NCBI RefSeq assembly: GCF_964204645.1
Contig: NC_134034.1
Location: forward strand, 4,996,914 to 5,060,913
DNA: 64,000 nt
Direction: 5' to 3'
Source of the DNA: Tubulanus polymorphus
Lineage: Eukaryota; Animalia; Nemertea
Below are positions 1 to 14,192 of the stretch, one piece after another (within the stretch, counting starts at the first letter, position 1; the number at the start of each line of letters is the position of its first letter). A program made the position numbers and the translations under genes. Under the pieces are notes generated by a model. It did not search any database, had not been told where the DNA came from, and saw nothing but the letters and a program-made list of their open reading frames with translations.

Positions 1-411
1 CCCCAACCCAGCCTGACCTTGGGTTAACCACCAAGGAGACATAAATGGGTCCTGAAGTCAGTCAAATTGGACCTAGAGCTTTGGAACTGTACCCAGAACT
101 GTTTAACTCAATGCCCCTTAGCCTGATGAAGATGTTTTAATTACATGTACGTATACTAAATTTTCCTAATTCCCCTCAATATACATGTAATTGATCCAGT
201 GCCTATCTCACTCCAACAGTAATTAGTAACCTAAACATCTCCTTACCAATGAAATCAACATCATCTTCCTCTTCATCTTCAGAAGATGATTCAACCGTTT
301 CCACGACGAGGACATCTTCGATTGATAATTTGTCTCGCAACTGATGGTGAAGTCCTTTCAATTGTTCCTTCCTCTGAAAGCATTAAAACTTCAAATTCAC
401 ACTACTCTACA

Positions 412-1157
412 CAGGGTTCATTGTGTCACTGCTGACAAAAATTCACTGCTATTCACTGCCAATGAAAAGTCAAATTCACTGCCATTTGGCTACCTAGTAA
501 AGACATGTTACCAAAAGACCAAGGATAGAGCCAAAACAAATCATATCATCTAATCGAACCACCAGATAGGTGTAGGGTACTTTTCATGTGAGACTTCAAA
601 GCTCCCAAACCACCGGCTCCAAGTTCGTTCGATTTCATCCAAATTCTACATCTAAACTTATGAATACAATTCGGAACACATTCAATCCAGCTACGGTACC
701 CCGGATGATGAAGCCACGAATCTTGAAATGTACATTTTTCCACAGTGTAACGGGCCAGAGATTTTTTGAAAATCCGAACGCAAACCACCGCCATTTGCAA
801 TTTTGTGAAACCGGTGCCTGGACCTGGTAGCCATGGCAACCATGAAAATGAAAACTCGTGAATAAAATTGAATTGAATTGGTTGGCACGTCGATGGTCAC
901 AACACCAATGAATAAAATGAAATTGAATTGCTGTTGGCATGAAATGGTCGGTATATTTTTTTGTTCGAAACTCAACGAAATTTCTCGTGACATTTTAAAA
1001 TTGCCAATCTCAGACAAAATTGAACACATTTCCGAATTCACTGCCCCCTTTCCCATTTCCACTGCCTTTCTAAAAAATTCACTGCTATTAACAGCCGTGA
1101 ATAGATTTTTTTCAATTCGCTGCTATTCACTGCTTTCACTGCCCGCGACAAACCCTG
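412..1157 (-). mobile_element. Internally deleted hAT-like DNA transposon
   Basis: Termini CAGGGTT...AACCCTG, flanked by the direct repeat TCTACA (406-411 / 1158-1163). Subterminal TTCACTGC repeats at both ends. The minus-strand remnant KCTFQDSWL...W...C...GxGALKSHMKSTLH resembles the N-terminal zinc finger of hAT transposases. Confidence 0.65.
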
Positions 1158-1976
1158 TCTACAACTTAGGAATTGACTCGATTGTTATGAATGCCTGCCC
1201 AAGTCGACAATGCCATGTACCTGCCTCAACAAGTATTTGAACTTGATGACATCACGAGACCCTGTCACATCCCTTCCCCCTTGACAGGGCTTGGAACCTG
1301 ATGGCATAATGAGATTGTGCCAAGTTCCTCCATTGGCAGGCATTTCATTTCAATCGGATAGCATTTGAAACTGCAACATTCCTCCATCAAATGATTGGAT
1401 AATGATAGCAATCAGAAGACCTGCCATAGTACGAAACCCTGCCCCAGAAGACCCATGAGGCAGAATAATGCAAATGACAACATACCTTCTCATTCGCTAC
1501 TGAACTTTTAAATTCTATTATTCTTTCCTGTTCTTCACAGTTTTTGTCAATATCTGATCGTTCTTGCCTGGAAAACAAAAATTTTATTTAATGTAACTTT
1601 TATTTAGTATTTTACTTACTTTGAGTCTTCACTTAAAGCCCAAGTGAAAAACTTACATGTGAGTGAAATAACTTAAAGATTTTGATTTTGACGCATCCAA
1701 TAATCTTCGAAAAAAAGCTTGGTGCTGTGATCTGAAATGCAATTAAGAAGCAAAAATAACAGGGTTTCTGCATAGTTGCATTCTTCTCATTCAAACTGAA
1801 TAACAGAATAATATAATTCAGAAAGAACTTTCATCGTCTGGCATTCGAACCTGATATGACTTCAACATATCATATGCCCCCAAACACTACTTCAAAATCA
1901 TACTCAGAGTGCGATCAGAACTTACTCTATTTTCGTTCCATGTAAAAAAGCGGAAGATGTTTTGAGCTCCTTGATC

Positions 1977-1992
1977 TCATCATCATCATCAA

Positions 1993-2027
<35 letters not shown>
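1977..2027. repeat. (TCA)n microsatellite
   Basis: Directly visible TCATCATCA run. Confidence 0.95.
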
Positions 2028-3019
2028 GCAGTTACTAGCAATAAAACCAAATCAAATAGGTTGCATGATTATTCACAAGCAGATCACCCTCTCACTGCAT
2101 TAACTGTCATCATTATTTCACTTACGATCTATAGTAATGCCATCTTTTTTCACTTTATCACTGCAATGCTCGATGTCTACTACCTCCACACCGACATTCC
2201 GTTTGCCTGCACTATCTGCTGCTGGTTGCGGCGGAAGACTCTGTTCAATTGTTCCATCCCATGGGAAGCGGGTTACGTCTGTTAATCGCTTTGTCGGAGT
2301 CATTCGTTGTTTTTGCAACGTACAATTTTCGGGAGGTTTGCATGACAATGGATATGAATGTTTGCTTGATGATACTATGGAGACGGAGTCACTTCGATCT
2401 TTCAGTACTTGCCGAGTTTCCGCCGATATATCTAATGGTGACCTGATAAAGATATACTTTTCATTTTCAATCTTCGATAATTTTTCTTTTAAACCACAGC
2501 GTTTGATGCCCATGCTGGTAAATGGTGCTTTTATCAAATGGTCTGAAATGCTCGACAATACAGGGCTCAAAATCAACAACAGCACCAATGGCGTTTGCAG
2601 CAGGTTATAAAACTATCGAAGTTTCAGGTTATAAAGTGGGTTTATACATTACATAATTGTCTAAAACTAAAAGTGCTTTGATTATGATCTGTCACCCAGA
2701 TTTTACCACTAAAGTATTGACCTCGACTCATACGACGAGTGAGACAATAGTTTGTTGCTTAGTATTTTCAGGTCACAAGAAAATACAATTTATTGCAAAT
2801 TTATTTACATTACATACTCATTACGACGGACAGAGTATGGGCAAAAATAGAAATGCAAGCCCGCTGGGACAAGTCCCAAGTGGCCTAAAAATTAGAGATC
2901 ACTTGACCTTAAAAAAGAAGGAAATGGCTGCTTTCAGAGCAGCCATTAGCCAAGTAGCCAAATATCCCCCCGCAATACACTCTCCCCCACTTGATAAGAA
3001 TCATTTGAACACATATAAA

Positions 3020-3760
3020 CCTTAACTCTCACATCAAGTTTCATGGATATCCATCAGATATTCCAGGCTGTATCGTGTTAAACAAGAAATTCAAGATGGC
3101 TAACCTGGTGGCCATACTTGATGGTTGATGACCTCCATTTTTTCAAACATCTACCTGCCCCAATCATCATGTGCGATGACCTCCATATTCAATAGTGGTG
3201 AACATCTTACGTACCTGACCCAATCCTCAAAACAAGTTTCAATTGTAGGCTCTATTGTGCTAACAATGTAATTCGAAATGGCCACCCTGGTGGCCATATT
3301 TGATGGCTGATGATTTCCATTTTCAATGGGCGCACATATAACCTACCAAAACCAACTCAATAAATTTCATGAAAATCTATCAAGAATTAGAGGCTGTATC
3401 GCGCAAACAAAAAATTCTAGATGGATGTCCTGGAGACTATATTTGATGACTGATAACCTTTATTTTGAATAGGGGTGGACATCACTTCTGCAACAATCCT
3501 CACACTGAGTTTGATGAAAATCAATCAAGAATTGTAGGCTGTATTGTTCTAACAAGATGAATTCAGGATCGCTGTCCTGGCCTCAATTTTCAATTGAGGT
3601 GCACCAAACTCTGTCGCTAAATCTTATGAAAATCCATCAAGAATTATAGCCTGTATTGTGCAAACTAGAAATTAAAGATGGCAGCCTTGGCGGCCATATT
3701 TCGTGTCCCATCACCTCCATTTTCGATAGGGGTGGAAATCTTCACCCGCGTGCCATAGTG
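3020..3760. repeat. Degenerate ~120-bp tandem repeat array, probably the interior of a non-autonomous Helentron-like element
   Basis: Recurring unit TCAAGAATT..AGGCTGTATTGTG..AACAAG..TCAAGATGGC..GGCCATATTTGATG. A HINE-like end palindrome GCCCGCTGGGAC..GTCCCAAGTGG lies upstream at ~2859-2885. Confidence 0.55.
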
Positions 3761-6498
3761 AAATATGTTTAATTTACAAGGTGATCTGAAGTCGTCACTT
3801 TTTCAAGTATTAAGCACTGCCTGGTGGCCAAGTGGAATATCATATAACCTTGAAATTTTGTACAGGGGCTTAGCATCCTACCAACTACATATCTTCAACA
3901 GCCGGCGCTATACTTCGTCTTGGTTATAAAAATAAAAATAGCCATAAACTTTGATTGACTCACCTAGGTGTCTGAGTTATTGGGAAGACTGTCAATCTAG
4001 GATTCTGGTAACTATTCAAATTTACCGATGAAACCTGTTGTATCAACTGCTTATATCGACCATGAGCTTCTATATTTATACCCTAAAACAAGAAACAAAG
4101 TTTGTTGATGGAAACTTTTTGTCAAACCCCCTCCAACATTATCTAGATCACTTTTTCGAGTCATCAGTACGAGTGAAAACTAGAAAACAAGAGCCCCAAG
4201 GGGCACTATGGCCAGCCTGTCAGCTTTTCATAAAATGGCAAATGATGATGCATTCTGTGGGTTAAATTTGTCAAAATACACTCCCAGCTCAGAGTCAATA
4301 CCTAATAATTTACACAATACACTCGTAGAATACAAAAGTAGCACAGACAGCGACTGGATCTGGCAGGAACAATAACCTCAGATAAATCTTTTCCCTTGGT
4401 CTCATTGATTTTAATGCGGAATAGAATAGAATTTTCTGAAATTTGCTCAATAAAACAAAATGGAATTGGATTTGATGTCTTAATTTGTTCAATAAAGTAC
4501 TATTGAATTGAATTTGATATTTTTTGCGGAATAAAATTTGATTGAATTTGTAGTTTGAGCACATGGCTAATTAGCATATCAAGGTCATCTATCCAATTTA
4601 AGAAAAAGCTATTTTCCCGGACTTTGCACAATGGTCAATGATATTTTCTGTAGTGCTAATAAAAATATGCCTCCCAAAAACCAAATCAACTAAAGCTTTC
4701 ACAGAAATCGATCTTGAAATACAATTTCAGATCTTAAAATAAAACCCGGAAGTAAAACGGTAGACGATACCGCGGGTTCACGTGAACACCTGCTCATCTC
4801 TGCGACTAAGCCAATCATAGAGGAGTCTGCTTTCTGATAGGCTTTTCAAAACCAATATTTTTGCGATCAGATATTCGCGAAAAAGCTCATATAAATTTTA
4901 ACGAGACCCTCTTTCAAAATTCAGCTACGTAGAGTTTAAAGAATGGATAATGCTTTAATGAATGATTTGTATGAATAGCCTATATGCTCAGTTGCACAGT
5001 AAAGAGCCTTTGCTCTAGAAACCATGTCATTTAAATTCGCTCCATTTGCATAGAAATAGGCTCAGCCTATGGCTGGCCAAAAAATTCTAAATCAAGGACT
5101 CGCTGAGACAGCAGCCGGTATATTCGAGAGGTTTCCTACGATTGAAAATAAATTAAGGGGTACCAATAAATTATGAAAATATTAAGTTAATAGGCTATCC
5201 AATGCCCCCTGGCAACAATATACATCAAGCATCCTATCAGCTAATATAGCTCCGCTGTGTGATTTGAAGAAATAGAAGTCCCATACCCCCACGGCACTCC
5301 CTGGCGGCAAAAAAATAAATTGCCCATGGGCAAAGTGTGGTTTACCTTGAAAGCTAGAGGTTGTTTGGAGAAAGGGCATTGCTTGAAAAATCTTTTTAAT
5401 TCGTGACTTCAAAGCTCTAGAACTTTATATTGTATTTCATCTTTCTTAAAGAATTATTTTGTAGTCAAATAAGACCAAAGATAAAAATTTGTTTATGGTC
5501 TACGTCCAAAATTTCGTAGGGTACAGGTAGGCGCGGCATTGGAAACTATTTTACATTTTCAAAGAAATATTTTTCACAATATGGAAAAATATTCAAATCA
5601 AATTCATATGATGTCACATATCAGAGGGTGGCTGAATATTGAGTCTTGGAAACGAAACCTTTTCCAATGTATGGCCGCGGAAGCTAAAACCGGAGCGTAG
5701 TATTAGATCGTTTTAAATCCTGGAATTTACCACTACAATATTCAGACATCGACCTATACCTATAGTTTGCTGCTTAGTATTTTCAGGTCACAAGAAATTA
5801 CAATTCATTACAAATTCTATCAAACAGAAAACACAGCGCTCATCTGATAGGACGATTATTCAGCCTGTTATCATACCAAACGTGCAGGCGCCAAGCAGCG
5901 TTACAGCATCACCATATAGTAGTCTGTATGAGCGTGTGTTTGTGTGTGCAACAGTCTAATGTCTAGCACTCCCGCGCACGTGGAGACCTTGTATAGTGAA
6001 CGTTCGCTTCACTACAATCTCAATCAACACATTCACAGGGTATTAAAATGAAACAATACCTATGGCGATATGTGAAATAACTATATTCTCACCAGCAATG
6101 AGCATTCAAAATTCGCACATATACGGCACCTAGTCCAATGAAACGTTTGCCATTAATGGCTTTCCCATAATTATTTTAGTAGCGCCGGAATTCCCCGTAT
6201 ATCCCAAAAACAGTCAATTACATTCGCTCGTAGAGACAACGTCCCCCGATCGAGGTCATTGCAATTTTATATGCGAGAGCTAAGAATTTTCCCACCAAAA
6301 ACAGTTTTTCGTAGAATTTTAACAATGTTGACCATGTCATCGACGGAGGTTTCGTCATGTCTTCAATCGCATCGATTATACGTCGTTTAAGCCGAGAACC
6401 AATGAAACAAATGCTCACATAAAAAAACGTACCGCGATTTTACATGAATTGGCTCAATGCCAACCTTATACTGCTGACAAAGGTAAACCAAAAATGAA

Positions 6499-7896
6499 CT
6501 AGGGGTCCAGGAACACCATGCCCACTTGGGAAGTGGTTTCAGATGCTCAACAATCTAACAATTGCAATATTCAACGCCCCATCCAATGACCTTGAAACTC
6601 ACCACAATCATAGAACATGTCAGCAGTTACAATTTTGTAATCGATTGTGGTAACAAAATATGCATAGTTACCAATATGATATGGAAACACTAAGTTATTC
6701 TACTATTCAACGCCCCCTGGTGACCATATGCAAAGCCCAATGACCTTAAAACTCACCATAATTATAGAACATGTCATGAGCTACAACTTTGCAATTGATC
6801 ATGGAAACAAAATATGCCCAGGTACCAATATAATAAGGAAATACTAAGTTATTCTCCTATGACCATATAGAATAACTGATGTCCTTGAAACTCACCACAA
6901 TCATAGACCATATCATGAGCTACAACTTTCCAAACGATTGTGGTAATAAAATATGCATAGGTACGAATATAATATAGAAATACTAAGATATTGCATTGTT
7001 CAACACCACCTGGTAGCCATATGCAAAACCAATGACCTTGAAACTCACAACGATCGTAGACCATGTCATGAGCTACAACTTTCAAATTGATTGTGGTAGC
7101 AAAATATGCATAGGTACCGATATAATATAGAAATACTAAGTTATTATATAGTTCAACGCCCCCTGGTGGCCATATACAAAAACCAATGACCTTGAAACTC
7201 ACCACGATTATAGACCATGTCATGAGCTAAAACATTCAAATTGATTGTGGTAGCAAAATATGCATAGGTACGGATATAATATAGAAATACTAAGTTATTA
7301 TATAGTTCAACGCCCATTGGTGGCCATATACAAAAACCAATGACCTTGAAACTCACCACGATTATGGACCATGTCATGAGCTACAACTTTCCAATTGATT
7401 GTGGTAGGCCTAACAAAATTTGCTCAAGTATCAATATAATGTGGAAAAACTTTTTTCCACCTACGAATGAGTTCTGATGACACCAAGATGGCCGCCAATT
7501 GTGTCATTGCCTGATCAAATATACCTGTCTCGCGTATAAGAGATCCCTTATCCTAAAGAATACCCATCACAAATTGCAATGAAAAATGGTAAACCATTAG
7601 GAAGCTACAGGACTCGGAATTCAGGCCACAATTGACATTTTTTTGGGCACAAAAAAGGTCACAGGACAGCCATCTTGAGTCCGATCGATCCAATTTTTCT
7701 CGTGCTGATGGGCCCTTGGGGGATACAAATATATACGAACAATCAAGGTAATTAATAAAAGCGTCTTCAAAATTTCCCTCGAAATCTTCAAAAATGTGTA
7801 AAAAGTGGTGATTTTGGCGAACAACAATGGCTGCTAGTCGGCCATCTTGAATCTGAGAGGGCCAGTTTTTGGGCTGAAGATGTGTCTAGGGTAGAT
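6499..7896 (-). mobile_element. Helentron-associated non-autonomous element (HINE/DINE-1-like), copy A, 5'-truncated
   Basis: Highly similar to 16214-17315. Read on the minus strand it ends in subTIR CCCAAGTGGGC, a short stem-loop and CTAG-TT. It carries about six internal 154-bp tandem units (AATGACCTTGAAACTC at 7031, 7185, 7339). Confidence 0.7.
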
Positions 7897-10800
7897 TTAC
7901 CTACGAGTTGAGGGCCCATATTCAGCGCATAGTTTATCAATGAATGTATAAATGGTGCTACTGTAAGTCAGCCAAATGAATGTGGATTTTAGAATTATCA
8001 CATCACAACAGCAACACTGTGCCACTTTCGTGTGACATGAATTACTTCTCCATGTACAAAGTGTCACAATTTTCAAAGACTTGCTTTGACTTAAAACATG
8101 ATCGAATGAAATTAAATATATTTCATGATTTCATAGATGGAATATACATTAATTAACTTAACATCAAAATGAAACACAAATCGGTCAATTGTTTTCATGG
8201 TGTCCAACAATCATCACAATTTTGCGGCTGGGGGATCATGTGACATACATCAAGAAACTAATTACAGAAATCTGAGTTAGAACAATTACCTGATTAATAG
8301 TTAACGGTGCTTTAGCTCCTGTGCGACGAATGCGCCCTCTCTTGCTAGGTTTACGGTATACCTTATCGTAGAGCGACGAAGGTTGTTGTCGCAACGACGA
8401 TGATGGCTGACGACTGGGCGTTGGCCGATAAGAGAAATCACTGATTGTGGTCCGAGGCACTGTAGAACTACAAGAATAAGGTGTCTGATTGAGTCAGTTA
8501 TAATATGCGCGTATGATCTTGTCATCATAAACATTCGTCGTTGAATCTTTCGAGTTGTGCCTTATGTAGAAGTGGATGCGTGTACTCCATAAGGACCATT
8601 CAGCACGTACGCAAGCTCTTGGTAAGGACCTCAACGGCAAAAGCGTACGATATGCGTTAAAAGCTAGGTAGCTATTTACACAAAGCGTACGTACTTAATA
8701 TATGCTTAATATAAGTGCACTAAAAATCCGACTTGTAGTAGCCTGGCTACTCGATCGTGGTAGTAGTTCAGCCATGAGTCTGGAACAATATGATGAATTC
8801 ATTTCCCTTTTTAAAAGGGTGTTTTCCTTTTTAAAAGGGTGCATCCTAGTAAAACCCTTCAAGAGGGGTACGCCTATCACGCGATAATTAAAGTCTCAAA
8901 TAAAATTCATTAATACTATAATAAACAGACCAGGAGACTACTAACAGGTGTTTGTTTTTGTTTTATACTACAGGATCAATCATTGCGTCCATAAGGTAGG
9001 AGTTCATCGGTAATATAATACGATGTGCGTGCACAAGGTGGGACCTTGAAAAAAGGTCCTATTTTTTGTGTACATACTCAATGAATGATCCCATACGATA
9101 CAGCCAATGGCCTTAGGCATGGATATATGTATTGATGAAAGTTTCAATGAACGGCTGGGAGCTGCGATATCGTGCTGTTACTGGGTTATAGCCAGGGATT
9201 TGGAATAGGCTATTAACTGGTGAGACTAAAATATCCTCTGTGATTAAAATTTATTAGAGTTGACTGCCTTCATGTGTCGTTGACCCTGCGGGGTCAAAGT
9301 AATGCTCAGTCAAACTCCCCTATCATGATCAGCATAATCAGGATTTTGAGCCAATCTGAATAGGGCCAATAACATACTTAGAATCTGCATAAACATACAT
9401 ATATGAACTGGATGAATTTCAACAATCCTACCAGTTACTGAAAAGAATCCGGACCCGACCACCTGATTTCTCTAATTTTAGCTAAGAAATGCATATGTGG
9501 CAACTGAAGATTCTGTCAGGATCGCTCGTGTCACTGAGTTACCGCACTTCAATTTCTTCTACATTTCAATAAAATTCCATGTTTCTCATTAGTAAATTAA
9601 CTGTCGGTTATATCTATACCAAACGCTGAGTGTGAAAGCATATCTTATATCTATTCAATGACTTAATTGCTACTTTTTGGACTTGGAAGCCTACAACTCA
9701 AATTCAAATTTAAATGAAAACTAATTTTCACTATGAATGACCCAGTGTGTAGTCACACCATATGGTGAGTGCCGGTAGGCCCCTACCCCATTGAAAATGA
9801 ATAATGCTGAATTTGAAAGTAGGCCCTATATGATATTTTTGTCAGAGTTTGTCCGAGAATCTTACCCTATCTAAATTGCTCCTCAAACGCTATTGCAGTG
9901 TTTTTACTTACCTGTCAAATCTATTCGAAGATTTTGATTGTGATATAGGTATAGATGAAATACCCGGTCTTTGGCCTGATGCATCTGGCAGTGTTGGTTG
10001 CGATGTAAAACCACCTCGACTGCCAGGGCTGCGGCTATATTTCTGCCCAAATGCGAATTTATGGCCAGGTTTCACTGAAGAAGTCTGATCCTAGAAAAAA
10101 ATGCAGCTCAAATTGACTTATTTCAGAAACTAGGGATCCAGGCACCATAACTGGTGGGTTTAATAGGTGACAAGAAGGCCATCATGTTTCCGTTTGACGC
10201 ACATTTAGCCATTTTGATTCCATCGGGCCAATTTTTCTTGTGATGCAAGGTCCTAGGTACATGCATATGCATAACAAACCTTAAGACAATTGATAAAATC
10301 GACTTCAAAATTTCACATTAAAAAATTCAAAAGATGTGCTGAAGTGCTGATTGGGTTTAGCCAAACAAAAATGACCATCAGTCAGCCATCTTGATTCTGA
10401 CTAGGCCAATTTTTGGATGGCAGATGTGGCCATGGTAGATACATACATAAATCAAATAGACTTATCAAGACCAAAACATATGTAAACTTCCGGACATCAA
10501 AACTTATGTAAAATTTCCAATGAAAACAATTCAGCCACATCTTCCTTCGAGTGCATTTTTTTGCAAAAAGATTTTAAGTAATTCGCAATCACTTTAACGC
10601 ACCGTTCAGTAGTACTATACACAAAATTTGGTGTGGATCAATTATTAACCGCGCAGGGGGAAGCGCAATGAAATGGTGAATTGGTGGACACAAAACCCAG
10701 GGTGCACAGAACATGTCACGGGCTACAACTACATACCATATTGGAGCAGTTAAAATCCGGTTGTTTTGGTAACGACTGTCGATCAGGCGAGAGGATGCTT

Positions 10801-13800
10801 GGAACGAAGAATTGAACGCTATCATGCAAACGGTTGCCAGGTGAAAGCAGACGTTTTATCGGTAACATGAAAAACGTCTGGTTAAACGCTCGCTTTCCCT
10901 TTGTGACCCAATCAGCAATCTTCCGACCTAATCCTTCTGCAACATTGAATATAAACAAGTTTTGAAATAATTCAGATTGAGATCGGAGTTTATGGTTCTA
11001 GGCTACGGGTGAATTCTATGACAACAGCCGGAGAATTTTCACCAGAGGAATAAGAGGCCTTGTGGAGAACAAAAGTGCTATCTAAATGGCCTGGTTGCCT
11101 GTTGAATTTTGCATTGAGACTGGCAAGACCAGTCTAATCAGTAATGATATCTTAACAATTTCCTTAACTGAATGGCCCAACAAAGGGATCAAACAACCTC
11201 GCTGGAATGAAGAAAGGGGAGATCATGGAGATCATCATGTAATCCATTAGAGTGAAATTGAAAATTGGAGGCATCCGGCCGTCTTCGGATTTCTAATAGT
11301 TCCCCCTATTTGAGGCAGTATGTTTGTCTGAAGTCATGAAAATGAGGGTTTGTTAAAAAGAGTTGGATGCTTCCCTTGATAAGATCAAAGGCTTATGAAA
11401 AGTGCTCCGCAACAGCTTCCTGAAATTTTCTAATCACTGATGTTCCAAAATGTTCCTGATGGCCAAAATGTAGTGTGTGCAAATCTGAGCACTAATAACT
11501 AGCGTCCGGGACAGATTGAGGTTGACTATTTATGGCTAGAATATTAAACTGATGCCTCAATAAAGTGTTTATTCATTCTTACCTTGATTGTACTTGGAAC
11601 GTTTTGGTTTATTTATAACATCGAATGATGAATTATTGGTGTCATCCTCACTGAAACGACATGAACAATTTGAAACCATCAGATTTAATGTGATTCTAGT
11701 TCGTTTCCATTTAACAAGATCTTTCACGACAGGTGCACCCTTATCCTGACACAATAATCAAATGCCACTAAATCAAAGCATGTCCCGTTCCAATATTCGT
11801 TTCAGACTATCAAATTATCAATCACTGGGCTGTTTGAAGTATCACGTCTATCATGATTTTTCTGGAAAGGTTACTGTACAGTAGTTTTGGCCAAGGAGCT
11901 GACTAACTCAGATTATTGCCTGCCCTGCATGACAGAATATTTTCTTCCATTCATGTGTCTTAGTGATGATGCCAAGAAATTAATCGGTCCCGGAAAGATT
12001 TGGGCAGGGATCGTGTGCCAGCAGACTTTAGTCACTCAACATTTTGCTATTCAAAAATTCAAAATAGCCTATAATAGGATATGTTTCTCCACGCATTCAG
12101 TGTTCTCCAAATGCTGGAATTTTAAAGGGGCTGCATTCATTGTCAAGCGTATGACATTGTGGCTGATGCAGTACCAAGGCTTTCGATCTCCCAAAAATAC
12201 AGAAAATCAAGCTCAATTTTGGTATAATCTTCTATTTTTCGCATTAGTTCAATACATGTCAAAGCAATTATCAGCATTGATAGAAGAATATTAACATCTA
12301 CTCTGGTTGGGGCAGCAGATAATTTCAGATTTGGTGGATGCGAAAGTGAAAGGGGTGGCTGCCCCTCTCAAACCAATTTATGAGAACACTGACATTCAAT
12401 AAAAATTTCTTGAGGGCCCCTTTCAATAGGCCTACTCAAGTACTTCCCATATTAGCCTCCCAATCTTGAAATTGCTCAGCAGCCCCTGCAGAGGCAAGCA
12501 AAATCAATTGTGGTAGACAACTTGATGACGTCATGAGAGGATTTTCTCCCGTTCGAAAAAAGAAATCATTACCGTAGGTTGGCAAATTTGGCAATTTCAT
12601 AGATTTCATCGGGGAATGTAGGGGAAGAAGTCTCTAGAGAGATCTGTTGCACAGATCAAATCACTAGTAGACAATTTCGACAACATCATGGTCTGTATTC
12701 TGCGAGGGTCAATAAAAACCCTGCACTAACTATGATCATAGGCTATAAGAACATACAGTAAGTAGATGCCGCTTAATAATTTGGATTAGATTAATGAAAA
12801 TCTTCGATAAATTCTGGATATTTCTTATACTGTCAGTTGATAAGTAAATGTACCTAGAAAAAAATGTTCACAAGCAAATCTTCCAACAAAAATGAATAGG
12901 GGGATTTAAATGGGATTTCGTACCTATAAGCATTATCAAAAATCTCTCCGCACTCATCTGTTATTTTCCACTTAATAACAGGTCGGACAAATAACCTCCG
13001 ACCGCAACTAGAGGGGTTCCGAAATTTCCAACCCAAATCTGGAGCGCTCCTAGAAACACGAGTGCGCTTCCTCCCCAGTTTCGAAGATTTCGGATTCCTC
13101 CTAAAATCAGCTTTCGGCCGTCGTTTTTTTACTATAAAATGCGAGTTTTCAACGATTAAACCGTGATGGTTCTCTTCTAGTAACCAGCCTTGAAGAATCA
13201 ATCGTTTCTTCTTCGCTTGTCTTCCCATTTACATCAACCTGTCATGTGCGGTAATACGTACATCAATATATAAAACAACTCAACCCATCACCAAATGGAA
13301 TCTATTTCAATGCAGGTCACTCGTGACCATACAGTACACTACTAACTGAAAGGGCAATCATCCAGCAATGCGGCTTCAAACAAAAATATCTTCTTATTCA
13401 TTCCTCATTTTCTACCCACTCAGTCTTTTCTACCCACTTCTAGTCATTTTTTTAAATAAGACTTTTCATTTTTATATTAGGCCCACATGTTTTTAGGCCT
13501 CACTTAGGCCCGAGAAATATAAGTTAGCCTAAGGCAAGGATGGTAGAATTTTGGGAAGGTCTGGCGATTCAGAAAGGGTCTACTTGTCTCCTGTTTCTAA
13601 TGCACCTAATCTAACTTCTAGATTGTGAACAGAACTATATGTCTCCAACCCATTAGCACTCAGGAATTGCACTATGTAGTGTCAATTAATCCTTAGAAAA
13701 TTCAAGGGAAAATCCAAGTTCATCATGATACCGAATAGCTCATTTCCTGTTTATTTCCATGCATTACACGTTCGTGTTATTTTGTAGTAAATAGTCAAGG

Positions 13801-14192
13801 CTTTCTTATAATGTTAGATTTGATGAGGTAGGCCACCAAAATCGTGTCCTTTTGCCCCCCCCCCGAAATTCATCGAAACTTTCTTGGATTTGAAGTGAGC
13901 GCACAGATCTGAAATGTTCAAACTCGAAATTTAGGAGGATGTTGATTTTTGTACAATATACTAAGGACTTATGTGTCCAGTTTATCATAAGATATTGGGT
14001 TCAAATCCCACTATAACAGTTTTTGTGCAGCATCAGAACAAGTGGCGGGCGGACTCGGGCGGCTGGAGGAGTAATAGGCAGGGCAGGGCGGATGCTGGCG
14101 GCTTAAGTGCTAGTGGGTTACACCCCTGGCACAACTGATGACCTGGAAACTCTTCAAAATCAACATGGAACATATCACAGGCTATTATTAAA

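Noticed and set aside
1962-2610. Overlapping ORFs on both strands
   Set aside because: No identifiable domain, and partly microsatellite-derived.
6849-7377. Repetitive ORFs and a CRISPR-like periodic pattern
   Set aside because: Whole 154-bp units repeat with no unique spacers and no cas genes; this is the tandem interior of a HINE-like element.
10580-13228. Several 60-135-aa ORFs that may be remnants of a gene or transposase
   Set aside because: No recognisable motif or consistent frame; BLASTX would be needed.
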